Part shown: piece by piece, positions 1-12,300 of the stretch
Layout of the letters: the number at the start of each line of letters is the position of its first letter
Numbering within the stretch: position 1 is the stretch's first letter
Assembly (NCBI RefSeq): GCF_000010065.1
Contig: NC_006576.1
Coordinates: forward strand, 2,190,001 to 2,222,000
Source of the DNA: Synechococcus elongatus PCC 6301
GTDB taxonomy: Bacteria; Cyanobacteriota; Cyanobacteriia; Synechococcales; Synechococcaceae
DNA: 32,000 bases
Reading direction: 5' to 3'
Program-made: the position numbers and the translations under genes
Notes under the pieces: generated by a model
What the model saw: the letters and a program-made list of their open reading frames with translations, nothing else
What the model was told of the DNA's origin: nothing
The model's database searches: none

Positions 1-476
1 CTCACTTGAGCGTAGGCACCTTCATTTTTGAAGCTCTCATGCCAGGGCCGCGAGGCAAAGACGCGCAGGGTATGGGTTCCGGGCTGGAGATCCGTCAGTT
101 CAATCGGTTGGCCGACGTCATAAATCGCCTGATAGGGCTCGTTATCGAGAATCAAGTGGAGGTGCGGCCCCATCTGCCACTGCTCATTTAGGAAGAGCGG
201 ATAGTCACGAACTTGAAGCTTGACCTCGACGCGATCACTCTCGATAACTTGGTCAGGCTTAGGGCTAAGAATTTTGACCTGCGGTTGATACTGATCGAGC
301 GATCGACTCAGATCGGCGACTAATGCTGGTGGCGGAACTTCCTTGAGGCGACTGGCTCGCAGCGGCGTGGTGTCGAAGAGTGAAGCGCTGGGATCTGTCC
401 GACAACCGATCAAAGCGATCGCTAAAAAAGAAACTACGACTCCCTTCAAGAATCGCGTCAGACCGAACTGCTTCAC
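1..476 (-). CDS. Lipoprotein-like conserved hypothetical protein, truncated by the window start (not in the supplied ORF track)
   Basis: Reverse-strand reading is open from a GTG at 476 to the edge: VKQFGLTRFLKGVVVSFLAIALIGCRTDPSASLFDTTPLRASRLKEVPPPALVADLSRSLDQYQPQVKILSPKPDQVIESDRVEVKLQVRDYPLFLNEQWQMGPHLHLILDNEPYQAIYDVGQPIELTDLQPGTHTLRVFASRPWHESFKNEGAYAQV. Hydrophobic segment ends in a lipobox-like LIGC. Confidence 0.75.
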   Translation of the reverse strand, partial: MKQFGLTRFLKGVVVSFLAIALIGCRTDPSASLFDTTPLRASRLKEVPPPALVADLSRSLDQYQPQVKILSPKPDQVIESDRVEVKLQVRDYPLFLNEQWQMGPHLHLILDNEPYQAIYDVGQPIELTDLQPGTHTLRVFASRPWHESFKNEGAYAQV

Positions 477-993
477 GTCGAGCCTCTCACTTGCCCCTTG
501 TCCTGTTGATACACCCTTGGGGGACACTCCTCCAAATCGGGGATCCTGACGGCTAAGCGATCGCCCCCAGCACAGTTGGTCAGCATAGACACAGTCATTC
601 GGCAAACCTTTACATCTCTCAATGATCATTCAGCCTAAAGGCAGTCAATGAATGCTTTGCATTGGTCTTAGGAGCCGAAAACCCTTGTCCTGAAAGCTCT
701 TTGAATTATTGTTAATCGCCTTCGGAGGCCCAAAAACCCGCCCCTATAATGCTCCCATCAGTGCTCCTTCCCGTGTGGAATCCTGCGTCGCTGTTTTTGT
801 TTTCAGAGATTGCAGGTCCTTCCTAACCCTGGCGCCCACCGCTCCCTTGCTGAGCCAACTGCGCTATCCGGGTTCATGGTGCTGTTTAGTCTCGGAGTTG
901 CCGAGGGGGTGGCCCCGAGAAATCTGAGGTCGCCACGTGTGGCTCTCAGAGGAAGGAGGAGGCCTCACCCTGTCTGAAGAGAGGAGAGTCTCA

Positions 994-3285
994 ATGACGA
1001 TAAGCCCACCGGAGCGAGAAGCGAAGGTGAAGGCGACGGTTGATAAAAATCCGGTTCCGACTTCTTTTGAGAAGTGGGGTAAGCCGGGTCACTTCGACCG
1101 GACGCTGGCCAAAGGACCCAAAACCACAACTTGGATTTGGAACCTTCACGCTAACGCTCACGATTTCGATAGTCATACCAGTGACCTTGAAGATATTTCA
1201 CGGAAAATCTTCAGCGCTCACTTTGGTCACCTTGCGGTGATCTTTATCTGGTTGAGCGGCGCTTACTTCCATGGCGCTCGCTTCTCCAATTTCAGCGGCT
1301 GGCTGGCCGATCCAACCCACGTCAAGCCCAGTGCCCAAGTCGTTTGGCCGATCTTCGGACAGGAGATCCTCAACGGCGATGTTGGCGGTGGCTTCCATGG
1401 CATTCAGATCACCTCCGGTCTGTTCCAGCTCTGGCGGGCCTCCGGCTACACCAACGAGTTTCAGCTCTACGTCACGGCGATCGGTGCGCTCGTGATGGCG
1501 GGTCTCATGCTGTTTGCTGGCTGGTTCCACTACCACAAAGCAGCTCCCAAGCTGGAATGGTTCCAAAACGTCGAATCGATGTTGAACCACCACTTGGCTG
1601 GCTTACTCGGTCTGGGCAGCTTGTCCTGGGCGGGTCACCAGATTCACGTGTCGCTGCCGGTCAACAAACTGCTGGATGCGATCGACGCTGGCGAACCGTT
1701 GGTTCTCAACGGCAAAACCATCGCTTCTGCGGCTGATATTCCGCTGCCGCATGAGTTCTTGGATGTCAGCCTGATCTCGCAGCTGTTCCCGGGCTTTGAA
1801 GCCGGTGTGAAAGCCTTCTTCACGCTCAACTGGTCAGCCTATGCCGACTTCCTGACCTTCAAAGGTGGCCTGAACCCCGTCACCGGTGGCCTCTGGCTGA
1901 CCGATACGGCTCACCACCACTTGGCGATCGCCGTCCTCTTCATTGTTGCGGGTCACATGTACCGCACGAACTGGGGTATCGGCCACAGCCTCAAAGAAAT
2001 CTTGGAAGCTCACAAAGGTCCTTTCACTGGCCAAGGCCACAAAGGTCTCTATGAGATTCTGACCACTTCTTGGCATGCCCAACTGTCGATCAACCTAGCC
2101 ATCCTGGGTTCGATCAGCATCATCGTGGCTCACCACATGTACGCGATGCCTCCGTATCCGTACTTGGCGACCGACTACCCGACGATGCTGTCACTGTTTA
2201 CTCACCACATCTGGATTGGTGGGTTCCTGATCGTCGGTGCTGGTGCTCACGCTGCCATTTTCATGGTGCGGGACTACGATCCGGCCAAGAATGTCGACAA
2301 CCTCCTCGATCGCGTTCTGCGTCACCGCGATGCGATCATCAGCCACCTGAACTGGGTGTGCATCTGGCTAGGCTTCCACAGCTTCGGCCTCTACATCCAC
2401 AACGACACGATGCGTGCGTTGGGCCGTCCCCAAGACATGTTCTCGGATTCGGCGATTCAACTGCAGCCCATCTTTGCGCAGTGGATCCAAAACATTCATG
2501 CCCTTGCACCGGGTAACACTGCTCCTAACGCCCTGGCTTCGGTCAGCCAAGTGTTTGGTGGCGATGTGGTTGCAGTCGGCGGCAAAGTCGCTGCTGCCCC
2601 GATTGTGCTGGGTACTGCGGACTTCATGGTCCACCACATCCACGCCTTCACGATTCACGTCACGGCGCTGATTCTCCTCAAGGGCGTTCTCTACGCTCGG
2701 AGTTCGCGTCTGGTTCCTGACAAAGCCAACCTTGGCTTCCGGTTCCCCTGCGACGGCCCTGGCCGTGGCGGCACCTGCCAAGTCTCTGGTTGGGACCACG
2801 TGTTCCTAGGCTTGTTCTGGATGTACAACTCCCTGTCGATTGTAATTTTCCACTACAGCTGGAAAATGCAGTCCGATGTTTGGGGTTCCGTGCTGCCTGA
2901 TGGTTCGGTAGCGCACATCGCGAATGGCAACTTTGCTCAAAGTGCCCTCACGATCAATGGCTGGTTGCGTGACTTCCTGTGGGCGCAAGCGTCTCAGGTG
3001 ATCACCTCCTACGGCAGCTCGACCTCTGCCTATGGCCTGCTGTTCTTGGGTGCTCACTTTGTCTGGGCCTTCAGCTTGATGTTCCTGTTCAGTGGCCGTG
3101 GCTACTGGCAAGAGCTGATCGAGTCCATCGTCTGGGCTCACAACAAGCTCAAAGTGGCTCCTGCCATCCAACCGCGTGCGCTCAGCATCATCCAAGGCCG
3201 GGCAGTGGGCGTTGCTCACTACCTACTGGGTGGAATTGTGACCACATGGTCTTTCTTCCTGGCCCGCATCATTGCAGTTGGTTAG
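994..3285 (+). CDS. psaA: Photosystem I P700 chlorophyll a apoprotein A1
   Basis: [61 protein letters not shown]...[23 protein letters not shown]...; ATG at 994 lies inside the longer ORF 937-3285. Contains the PsaA/B 4Fe-4S motif [12 protein letters not shown]. Confidence 0.98.
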
Positions 3286-3304
3286 GAGCGAGCATCTAGG
3301 ACTT

Positions 3305-5509
3305 ATGGCAACCAAGTTTCCTAAATTCAGCCAAGACCTCGCTCAGGATCCGACAACACGTCGGATTTGGTACGGGATTGCTACCGCCCATGACTTTGAA
3401 AGTCATGACGGCATGACCGAGGAAAATCTTTACCAAAAGATTTTCGCCTCGCACTTTGGACACCTCGCAATCATCTTCTTGTGGGTGTCTGGCAACCTGT
3501 TCCACGTCGCCTGGCAAGGTAACTTCGAGCAGTGGAGCCAAGATCCGCTCCATGTTCGCCCAATCGCCCACGCGATTTGGGATCCCCACTTTGGTCAAGG
3601 GGCGATCGACGCCTTTACCCAAGCGGGTGCTTCTTCTCCGGTGAACGTCGCCTACTCGGGCGTCTACCACTGGTGGTACACCATTGGCATGCGCACCAAT
3701 GGTGACCTCTACCAAGGCTCAATCTTCCTTTTGATCCTGTCTGCGCTCTTCCTGTTTGCTGGTTGGCTGCACTTGCAGCCCAAGTTCCGCCCCAGCCTCA
3801 GCTGGTTCAAGAACGCCGAATCGCGCCTCAACCACCACTTGGCAGGTCTGTTCGGCTTCAGCTCGCTGGCTTGGACGGGTCACTTGGTGCACGTCGCCAT
3901 CCCTGAAGCGCGTGGCCAACATGTGGGCTGGGATAACTTCCTGTCCACCCTGCCTCACCCGGCTGGTTTGGCTCCGTTCTTCACCGGTAACTGGAGCGTT
4001 TACGCCGAGAATCCGGACACCGCTAGCCATGCCTTTGGTACGGCTGAAGGTGCGGGTACCGCAATCCTGACCTTCCTGGGTGGCTTCCATCCGCAAACGG
4101 AAGCGCTCTGGCTAACGGACATTGCCCACCACCACCTGGCGATCGCAGTGATCTTCATCATTGCGGGCCACATGTACCGGACTAACTTTGGTATCGGCCA
4201 CAGCATCAAAGAGATCTTGGAAGCCCACAAACCCCCGGCTGGTGGTTTGGGTGCAGGCCACAAAGGTCTCTACGAAACGCTGAACAACTCGCTGCACTTC
4301 CAACTGGCGCTTGCGCTGGCTTCGCTGGGTGTGGTCACCTCACTGGTGGCTCAACACATGTACTCCATGCCCCCGTATGCCTTCATCGCGAAGGACTATA
4401 CGACCATGGCTGCGCTGTACACCCACCACCAGTACATCGCGACCTTCATCATGTGCGGTGCGTTTGCCCACGGTGCGATCTTCTTGATCCGCGACTATGA
4501 CCCTGAGGCAAACAAAAACAACGTCTTGGCTCGCGTTCTGGAGCACAAAGAAGCGATCATCAGCCACCTGAGCTGGGTCTCGCTCTTCCTGGGCTTCCAC
4601 ACTCTTGGCCTCTACGTTCACAACGACGTGGTCGTTGCTTTCGGAACTCCCGAAAAACAAATCCTGATCGAGCCGGTCTTCGCGCAGTTTGTGCAAGCGG
4701 CTTCGGGTAAAGCGCTCTACGGCTTCAACGTGCTGCTGGCGAATGCCGACAGTGCTGCGACGGCTGCAAGCCTGGGCACCTACCTGCCCAACTGGCTGGA
4801 TGCTATTAACTCCGGCAAAACCGCTCTCTTCCTGCCGATCGGCCCTGGCGATTTCCTGGTTCACCATGCGATCGCTCTCGGCCTGCACACCACCACCTTG
4901 ATTCTGGTCAAAGGTGCTTTGGATGCCCGTGGCTCCAAACTGATGCCGGACAAGAAAGACTTCGGTTACAGCTTCCCTTGCGACGGTCCTGGCCGTGGCG
5001 GCACCTGCGACATCTCGGCGTGGGACGCTTTCTACCTGGCTGTCTTCTGGGCGCTGAACACCGTTGGCTGGGTGACCTTCTACTGGCACTGGAAAAACCT
5101 GACCGTTTGGCAGGGCAATGTGGCTCAGTTCAATGAGTCCAGCACCTACCTGATGGGCTGGTTGCGCGACTACCTCTGGTTGAACAGCTCGCAGCTGATC
5201 AACGGCTACAACCCCTTCGGCACGAACAACCTGTCTGTCTGGTCTTGGATGTTCCTCTTCGGCCACCTGATCTGGGCAACTGGTTTCATGTTCCTGATCT
5301 CTTGGCGGGGTTACTGGCAAGAGCTGATCGAAACCATCGTCTGGGCGCACCAACGCACCCCGCTGGCCAACATCGTTGGCTGGAAAGACAAGCCGGTGGC
5401 TCTGTCGATTGTTCAAGCCCGTGTGGTTGGCTTGGCTCACTTCACGGTGGGTTACTTCCTAACCTATGCGGCCTTCTTGATTGCTTCCACAGCCGGCAAG
5501 TTCGGTTGA
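3305..5509 (+). CDS. psaB: Photosystem I P700 chlorophyll a apoprotein A2
   Basis: [36 protein letters not shown]...[26 protein letters not shown]...; starts 19 bp after psaA stop. Confidence 0.98.
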
Positions 5510-5536
5510 TAGCGCTCAGCTAGGCCAATAACAAAG

Positions 5537-5566
5537 CAAAGCCCCTGACTTCGGTTGGGGGCTTTG
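5537..5566 (+). terminator. Probable terminator hairpin downstream of psaB
   Basis: Perfect 9-bp arms CAAAGCCCC (5537-5545) and GGGGCTTTG (5558-5566), 12-nt loop, just after psaB. No long T-run follows. Confidence 0.65.
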
Positions 5567-5658
5567 TCGTTGAAAGAAGTTGAGGCAGATGTTCAACATG
5601 AGATAAGGGGCATCAGCCCCTTGCCCTCAGAAATTTTTAGCTTGATTCACTGACCTCA

Positions 5659-8526
5659 TCAGCGATCGCTGTAGGCGCTCATGGGTAGACAGGAGCAGAC
5701 GAGATTGCGATCGCCGTAGGCGTTATCGATGCGGCTGACCACTGGCCAGAATTTGTGTTCTCGCGTCCAAGGGGCAGGATAAGCGGCCTGCTCGCGGCTG
5801 TAGGCGCGATTCCAGTCAGACTGGAGCAGCACATCTGCCGGGTGGGGCGCATGCTTGAGGGGATTGTCGAGGGGATCCAAGTCACCGCTGGCGATCGCGT
5901 CCACCTCGTGATAAATGCCGATCATCGCTTCACAGAAGCGATCGAGTTCTGCCAGCGATTCACTCTCGGTTGGCTCGACCATCAACGTGCCGAGCACGGG
6001 CCAAGACATGGTTGGCGCATGAAAGCCGTAGTCCATCAGCCGTTTGGCGACATCCTCGACTTCAATCCCGGCTGTGCGTTTGAGCGGTCGTAGGTCAAGG
6101 ATACATTCGTGGGCAACAAAGCCGCGATCGCCCCGATAGAGGATTGGATAGTAGGGCGCTAGTCGTGTGGCAATGTAGTTGGCGTTGAGAATTGCGATTG
6201 CGCTGGCTTGCGTCAACCCAGCTGCACCCATCATGCGGATATACATCCAAGAAATGGGCAGGATGCTGGCACTCCCCCAAGGGGCGGCTGCGATCGGGCC
6301 AAGGGCTTGCGGATCGGCATTCGCTTCTGGGACGAGCGGATGACTCGGCAGGAAGGGCGCAAGGTGCGCGGCAACACCGATCGGGCCAACGCCGGGGCCA
6401 CCACCGCCGTGGGGAATGCAAAAGGTCTTGTGGAGGTTGAGATGACAGACATCCGCCCCAAATTGGGCGGGCTGACAGAGGCCGACTTGGGCGTTGAGAT
6501 TGGCACCATCTAAATAAACTTGGCCGCCCTGCTGATGAACGATCGCACAGATCTCCGCGATCGCTTCCTCAAAGACGCCGTGAGTAGAGGGATAGGTGAC
6601 CATCAGTGCTGCGAGCTGATCCGCATACTGGGCAGCTTTTTGCTGCAGGTCACTGACATCAATGTTGCCGCGATCGTCACAGGCGATCGGCACGACTTTC
6701 ATGCCAGCCATCACCGCGCTGGCGGGATTAGTCCCGTGAGCCGACTGCGGAATCAGGCAAATCTGGCGGTGATCTTCGCCGCGACTCTGGTGGTAGCGCT
6801 GGATGACGAGTAGACCCGCATATTCCCCTTGAGAGCCAGCATTGGGTTGTAGGGAGACCGCTGCGAAGCCCGTAATTTCGGCTAGCCAAGACTCAAGCTG
6901 CTGGAACAGCTGTTGATAACCCTGGGTTTGACTCAGCGGTGCAAAGGGGTGAATCTGATTAAACTCCGGCCAACTGATCGGTAGCATCTCCGCCGTGGCG
7001 TTGAGCTTCATCGTGCAGGAGCCGAGCGGAATCATCGCTGTAGTCAGCGATAGATCACGACTCTGGAGGCGATGGATATAGCGCAGCAACTCGGTTTCCG
7101 AGTGGTACTGCTGAAAGACGGGATGGGTCAGGAAGGGCGTTTGGCGGGCGAAGGCTGGATCCACTTCGTCAGTCACAGCCGCTTGTAGATCCTCCCAAGC
7201 TGGCAACGATCGCCCTTGAGCAAAAACAGTGAGCAGGTCGAGGAGATCGCTGTCAGTCGTCGTTTCATCGAGGCTGATACCAAGCTGGCGATCGCTCAGA
7301 CAACGCAGATTAAAACCCGCTGCTTCAGTTCGCGACTGCCAAACTTTCGGGTCTTCGACCTCAACGATCAGCGTGTCAAAGCCCGGCTGCTGAGGAATCT
7401 TGAATCCGAGAGACTGCAACTCCTCCGCCAAGATCTGAGTCTGGCGACGCACTTGCCTCGCGATCGCGGTCAGTCCTTCTGCCCCGTGGTAGACCGCGTA
7501 GAAGCCAGCCACCACAGCCAGCAAGACCTGCGCCGTGCAGATATTGCTCGTGGCCTTGTCGCGACGAATATGTTGCTCCCGCGTCTGCAACGCCAAGCGC
7601 AGTGCTGGTTGACCTTGGGCATCCTTAGAGACACCGACAATCCGCCCCGGAATCTGCCGTTTGTAGGCTTCCTTGGTGGCAAAGAATGCCGCATGAGGAC
7701 CGCCGTAACCGAGGGGCACGCCGAACCGCTGACTATTCCCAACCGCGATATCCGCGCCAAATTCCCCTGGAGGGGTCAGCAGGGTTAGTGCTAGCAAGTC
7801 GCAGGCAACGGTTGCGATCGCGCCCTGAGCATGGGCTTGCTCAATCACCGAGCGGTAATCTGCGATCGTGCCGTCGGTGGCGGGATATTGCAGCAGCAGT
7901 CCAAAAATCGGCGTCTGGAAGTCAAACTGCAGCAGATCTGCGACGAGCACTTCAATCCCCAGTGCAGCAGCCCGAGTCTGTACCACCGCGATCGTTTGCG
8001 GATGGCAGTTGTGGGCAACGAAGTAGGTCTGAGACTTTGACTTCGCGACTGCCAAACTGAGGGTCATCGCTTCGGCTGCCGCTGTTGCCTCATCCAACAG
8101 GGAGGCGTTGGCGATCTCCAGCCCCGTCAGATCGCTGACCATGGTCTGGAAGTTGAGCAGTGCTTCCAAGCGTCCTTGGGCAATCTCGGCTTGGTAGGGC
8201 GTGTAGGCGGTGTACCAGCCCGGATTTTCGAGAATATTACGCTGAATTACAGGCGGCGTCAGGCAGTTGGCATAGCCTTGGCCAAGATAGGAGCGCAGGA
8301 TCTGATTTTGATGGGCGATCGCTCGCAATTCCGCCAGCGCTTCGGCCTCACTGCAGGGCTCAGGCAAATTCAGCGATCGTGGCAAACGAATATCTGCAGG
8401 GACTACCGCCGCCAGCAAGTCTTCTAGGCTCTCGCAACCTAACTTCTGCAACATCTGCTCGACATCGGCCGGCCGTGGCCCGAGATGCCGCTGAGCAAAG
8501 TTGTGGGGCGAAGCAGACATGGGCAA
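5659..8526 (-). CDS. gcvP: Glycine dehydrogenase (decarboxylating), glycine cleavage P protein
   Basis: 955-aa ORF with [65 protein letters not shown] (PLP-lysine region). Confidence 0.97.
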   Translation of the reverse strand: MPMSASPHNFAQRHLGPRPADVEQMLQKLGCESLEDLLAAVVPADIRLPRSLNLPEPCSEAEALAELRAIAHQNQILRSYLGQGYANCLTPPVIQRNILENPGWYTAYTPYQAEIAQGRLEALLNFQTMVSDLTGLEIANASLLDEATAAAEAMTLSLAVAKSKSQTYFVAHNCHPQTIAVVQTRAAALGIEVLVADLLQFDFQTPIFGLLLQYPATDGTIADYRSVIEQAHAQGAIATVACDLLALTLLTPPGEFGADIAVGNSQRFGVPLGYGGPHAAFFATKEAYKRQIPGRIVGVSKDAQGQPALRLALQTREQHIRRDKATSNICTAQVLLAVVAGFYAVYHGAEGLTAIARQVRRQTQILAEELQSLGFKIPQQPGFDTLIVEVEDPKVWQSRTEAAGFNLRCLSDRQLGISLDETTTDSDLLDLLTVFAQGRSLPAWEDLQAAVTDEVDPAFARQTPFLTHPVFQQYHSETELLRYIHRLQSRDLSLTTAMIPLGSCTMKLNATAEMLPISWPEFNQIHPFAPLSQTQGYQQLFQQLESWLAEITGFAAVSLQPNAGSQGEYAGLLVIQRYHQSRGEDHRQICLIPQSAHGTNPASAVMAGMKVVPIACDDRGNIDVSDLQQKAAQYADQLAALMVTYPSTHGVFEEAIAEICAIVHQQGGQVYLDGANLNAQVGLCQPAQFGADVCHLNLHKTFCIPHGGGGPGVGPIGVAAHLAPFLPSHPLVPEANADPQALGPIAAAPWGSASILPISWMYIRMMGAAGLTQASAIAILNANYIATRLAPYYPILYRGDRGFVAHECILDLRPLKRTAGIEVEDVAKRLMDYGFHAPTMSWPVLGTLMVEPTESESLAELDRFCEAMIGIYHEVDAIASGDLDPLDNPLKHAPHPADVLLQSDWNRAYSREQAAYPAPWTREHKFWPVVSRIDNAYGDRNLVCSCLPMSAYSDR

Positions 8527-8578
8527 GTCCCCGCAGTGTTGGGCTTATTGTGCAAGATTGCGCGGCGATCGGCAGGGC

Positions 8579-8968
8579 CTACTGACCCTCAACCAGAGCT
8601 TGATACTGGGCTGCATCGTAGGAGTCTGACAAATCCGGCTTGCCCGTCAACTGCACCTTGAGCAACCACCCCTGTTCGTAGGGATCGCTGTTGAGAATTT
8701 CTGGGGCTTCTAGTGCGGCTTCGTTGCGCTCGATGATCTCGCCGGTCACCGGCGCGTAGACTTCCTCTACTGCTTTGACCGACTCGACGGTGCCAAAACT
8801 GGCTCCGATCGCGATCGTGCTGCCAACCTCAGGAAGCTCGAGAAAAACGATGTCGCCCAACTGGTCGATGGCGTAGGCGCTGATGCCAATGACGGCAATA
8901 TCACCATCAAGGCGGACGTACTCGTGACTGTCGAAGTAGCGAAGGTTGTCAGGGTAGATCAGCGCCAT
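8579..8968 (-). CDS. gcvH: Glycine cleavage system H protein
   Basis: [45 protein letters not shown]...[20 protein letters not shown] (lipoyl-lysine motif ESVKA). Confidence 0.97.
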   Translation of the reverse strand: MALIYPDNLRYFDSHEYVRLDGDIAVIGISAYAIDQLGDIVFLELPEVGSTIAIGASFGTVESVKAVEEVYAPVTGEIIERNEAALEAPEILNSDPYEQGWLLKVQLTGKPDLSDSYDAAQYQALVEGQ

Positions 8969-9308
8969 CGCAACAAAGTAGAGAGGACGCTTTCAGTTTG
9001 CCCGCTGCCCGTCCGGAACAACAGGGGGGCCAGCCGAGAATCTGTAATCCCCGTTGCAGCAGCGGTGAGGCAATGGAGTTCTCGCAATGGTTGTTTCGAG
9101 ATCAGCGCCCTTCAACCGACTGTCAGCTGGTGCGATCGCGGCTTTTGGTTGCCTTGACAGCTCAGTGATTATGGTGCGGTCGCGATCGGCACAACCGCTG
9201 CAATCCAGTCCAGCCCCCCTGGGCTGTGGAGTCTGCAATCTTGGTTTCTGCCATCCCGAGAATTGAAACCGGTACACTAACCTCTGACCTCGTGGCAGAG
9301 CAGCCGTT

Positions 9309-12300
9309 TTGGTCTACATCAAACAGATCGAGCTGAGCCATTTCAAGTCCTTCGGGGGCACTACCTCGCTGCCGCTGCTGCCGGAATTTACGGTGGTGAC
9401 GGGGCCAAATGGTTCTGGGAAATCCAACATCCTTGATGCGCTGCTGTTTGCCCTAGGACTCTCGAGTTCCAAGGGAATGCGGGCCGATCGCCTGCCGGAT
9501 TTGGTCAATTCCACCTACGCCAGTCGCAGCCGCAGCACGGTCGAAACGCTGGTCACGGTCACCTTTGCCCTCGATGACTGGCAGCCCGAAGCCGAAGAGA
9601 CAGAGGAGGGCGAGGGCACCGGCCTACAACCGGGGATGGCGGAGTGGACGGTCAGCCGCAAGCTGCGAGTGACGCCTTCTGGCACCTACACCAGCACCTA
9701 TGCCATGAATGGCGAGGCCTGCACGCTGCAGCAACTGCATGAGCAACTAAGTCGGCTGCGGATTTATCCCGAGGGCTACAACGTGGTCCTGCAGGGGGAT
9801 GTGACCAACATCATTTCGATGAGTCCCCGCGATCGCCGCCAAATTATTGATGAGCTGGCGGGGGTCGCCCAATTCGATCGCAAGATTGAGCAAGCTAAGG
9901 GCAAGCTAGAGGCGGTCAAGGAGCGGGAAGATCGCTGCCGCATTGTCGAACAGGAGTTGATCGAACAGCGCGATCGCTTGGCTAAGGATCGAGAAAAAGC
10001 CCAGAAATATCAAGCGCTGCGTCAAGAGCAGGCGACCAAGCAAAGTTGGGAGGCGGTCTTGCGCTGGCGGGCTGGGCAGCGGCAAGTTCAAGCGCTGCAG
10101 CGATCGCTGGCCCAACTGGCGACGGATGCGGCGACCGATCAACAGACGCAGCAGACGCTCGAGCAACAAATTCAGCAAACTGAGGCCACCCTCGACCGCC
10201 TCAATCAGCGGGTCAAGGCGCTGGGAGAGGAAGAACTGCTGAAACTGCAAGCGGCGCTGGCTCAGCAAGAGGCTGAACAGCGGCAGAGTCAGCGGCAGCA
10301 ACAGGAACTAGTCGAGTCACAAACCCAGACGCAGCAGCAGATTCAGGCGTTGCTGCAAACTCAAGCTCAGTTGCAGACGGAAGGGCAACAGCAGGCGGAG
10401 CAGGCCCGAACCTTACAGACAACGATCGCCCAGACTTTACAGCCGCAATATCAGCAAGCACTAGAACAAGTCGAAGCGGCCCGGCAGTCGGCCCATGCCC
10501 TCGCCGCCCAATCCCAAGATTGGGTGACGCGCCAAACGAGTCTGCGACAACAGGCTGATGCGATCGCGGCTCAAGTGGAACCGCAGCGAGCAGAACAAGC
10601 CCAACTACAAGAGCGCCAAACGCAGCTCCAGCAGCAATTGGAGGCAACCCAATCGGCCTTAGTAACGGTGACAGCCGAGCTGGAGACGGAGACAGAACAG
10701 GCGGAAGGCGATCGCGCCGCTCTCAGCCAAGCGGAAGCGGCGGTGGTCACGGCAGCAGATCAGCTTGTGCGGCTGGAAGAAGAACTGCAGATCCAGCAGG
10801 AAACCCGCGATCGCCTGCTCAAAGAACAACGAGACAAGCAGCGCCAGCTCGATCGCCAAGAGAGTTTGCGTCAAGCGATGCAGGAAACCCAGGGGACAGC
10901 GGCGGCGCGGCTGATTCTCGATACTGGCCTGCCCGGAGTGCATGGTCTAGTGGCGCAACTGGGACGGGTGGAACCCCGCTATCAACTGGCGCTAGAAGTG
11001 GCCGCCGGTGGACGGCTGGGCTATCTGGTTGTCGATGATGATGGCGTCGCCTCGGCGGGAATTGAGCTGCTCAAACAGAAGAAAGCGGGGCGAATCACGT
11101 TCCTACCCCTCAACCGGATTCGTGCGGGCAAACAGCCAGAAATTCCGCGTTGGCAGCAGCCGGAAGGGTTGGTCGATCTTGCGATCGCCCTAGTCGACTG
11201 CGACGATCGCTACCGCGAAGTCTTCAAATTTGTCCTTGGCGGCACTGTCGTCTTTGAACGGCTTGATCAAGCCCGTCGCTACATGGGGCAGTACCGCATC
11301 GTTACCCTCGATGGTGAGCTGCTGGAAACCAGTGGGGCGATGACCGGCGGTAGCATCGCTCGGCGATCAGGCGGCCTCAGCTTCGGTAGTCCCGACAGTG
11401 GCGAATCGGCGGAAGTGCGAGCAATTCGCGATCGCCTCGAACAACTCGAAGTCATCCTCGATCGCAGTGAGTTGCAAATCCTCAATCTGCAAGCGGCGAT
11501 TAAAGATGCAGCCAGTACGCTCAGCGATCGCCGCCAACAACAGCGCGAGCAGCAACTGACGGTTCAACAACGTCAGCAAACCCTGCAGCGCCTGCAGCAA
11601 CAACAGCAACAGCTCAACGCTGAACTGCAGCAACGCCAACAGCAAGCCAGTCAAGCGCAAGCACGGCTGGCAGCCTTGGCTTTGGAATTGCCCGCCGCAC
11701 TGAAACAGCTGAAAACACTCCGCCAAGCCCTTGCGGAACTAGAAGATTCTCCGATTCATGGTGAGTGGCAGCAGCGGCAAACGCTTCTACAACAGCAAGA
11801 AGCCCTGCTCCAGCAACAGGAAACTGCCCTGCGGCAAGCCGAGCAACAGCTGCAGCAATTGCAGACTGATCAAAAACGCCTGCAGGAACGCGCGATCGCA
11901 GCTCGAACCCAAGTCAGCCAGCTCCGGCAACAGCAGGGGGAACAGCTCAATCGTCTGGCTCAGCTCGATGAACAGCAACGCCAACAGGCGACGGCGATCG
12001 CCCAACTGCAGCAACGCCAAGCCCAACTAGAAGCCCAACTCGGGCAAGAGAAAGTCGATCGCGATCGCACTGAACGCCAACTGCAAGAACAGCGATCGCA
12101 GCGACAAAACCTCGTCTGGCAGCAAGAAAAACGCCAGCAACAACAACAGGAACTCCAACAGCAGCTGACCGATCTCGAAGTCCAACTTCAGGCGGAGCAG
12201 CAGGAATTGCCGCAACCCCTGCCCGATATTCCCGAAATGGTGCAGCAACAGGGCATCGAAGCACTGCAGCATGAATTGCGATCGCTGGCGAAGCGGATTC

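Noticed and set aside
937-993. N-terminal extension of the psaA ORF ([19 protein letters not shown])
   Set aside because: The conserved PsaA N-terminus begins at [12 protein letters not shown] (994); the extension is just an open frame upstream.
7216-7788. 190-aa plus-strand ORF opposite gcvP
   Set aside because: Antisense to a clear gcvP coding region, no recognisable domain.
8993-9277. Possible gene or glycine riboswitch upstream of gcvH
   Set aside because: The minus-strand 94-aa ORF has no family features, and I could not recognise the conserved glycine riboswitch core by eye. An Infernal search of RF00504 would settle it.
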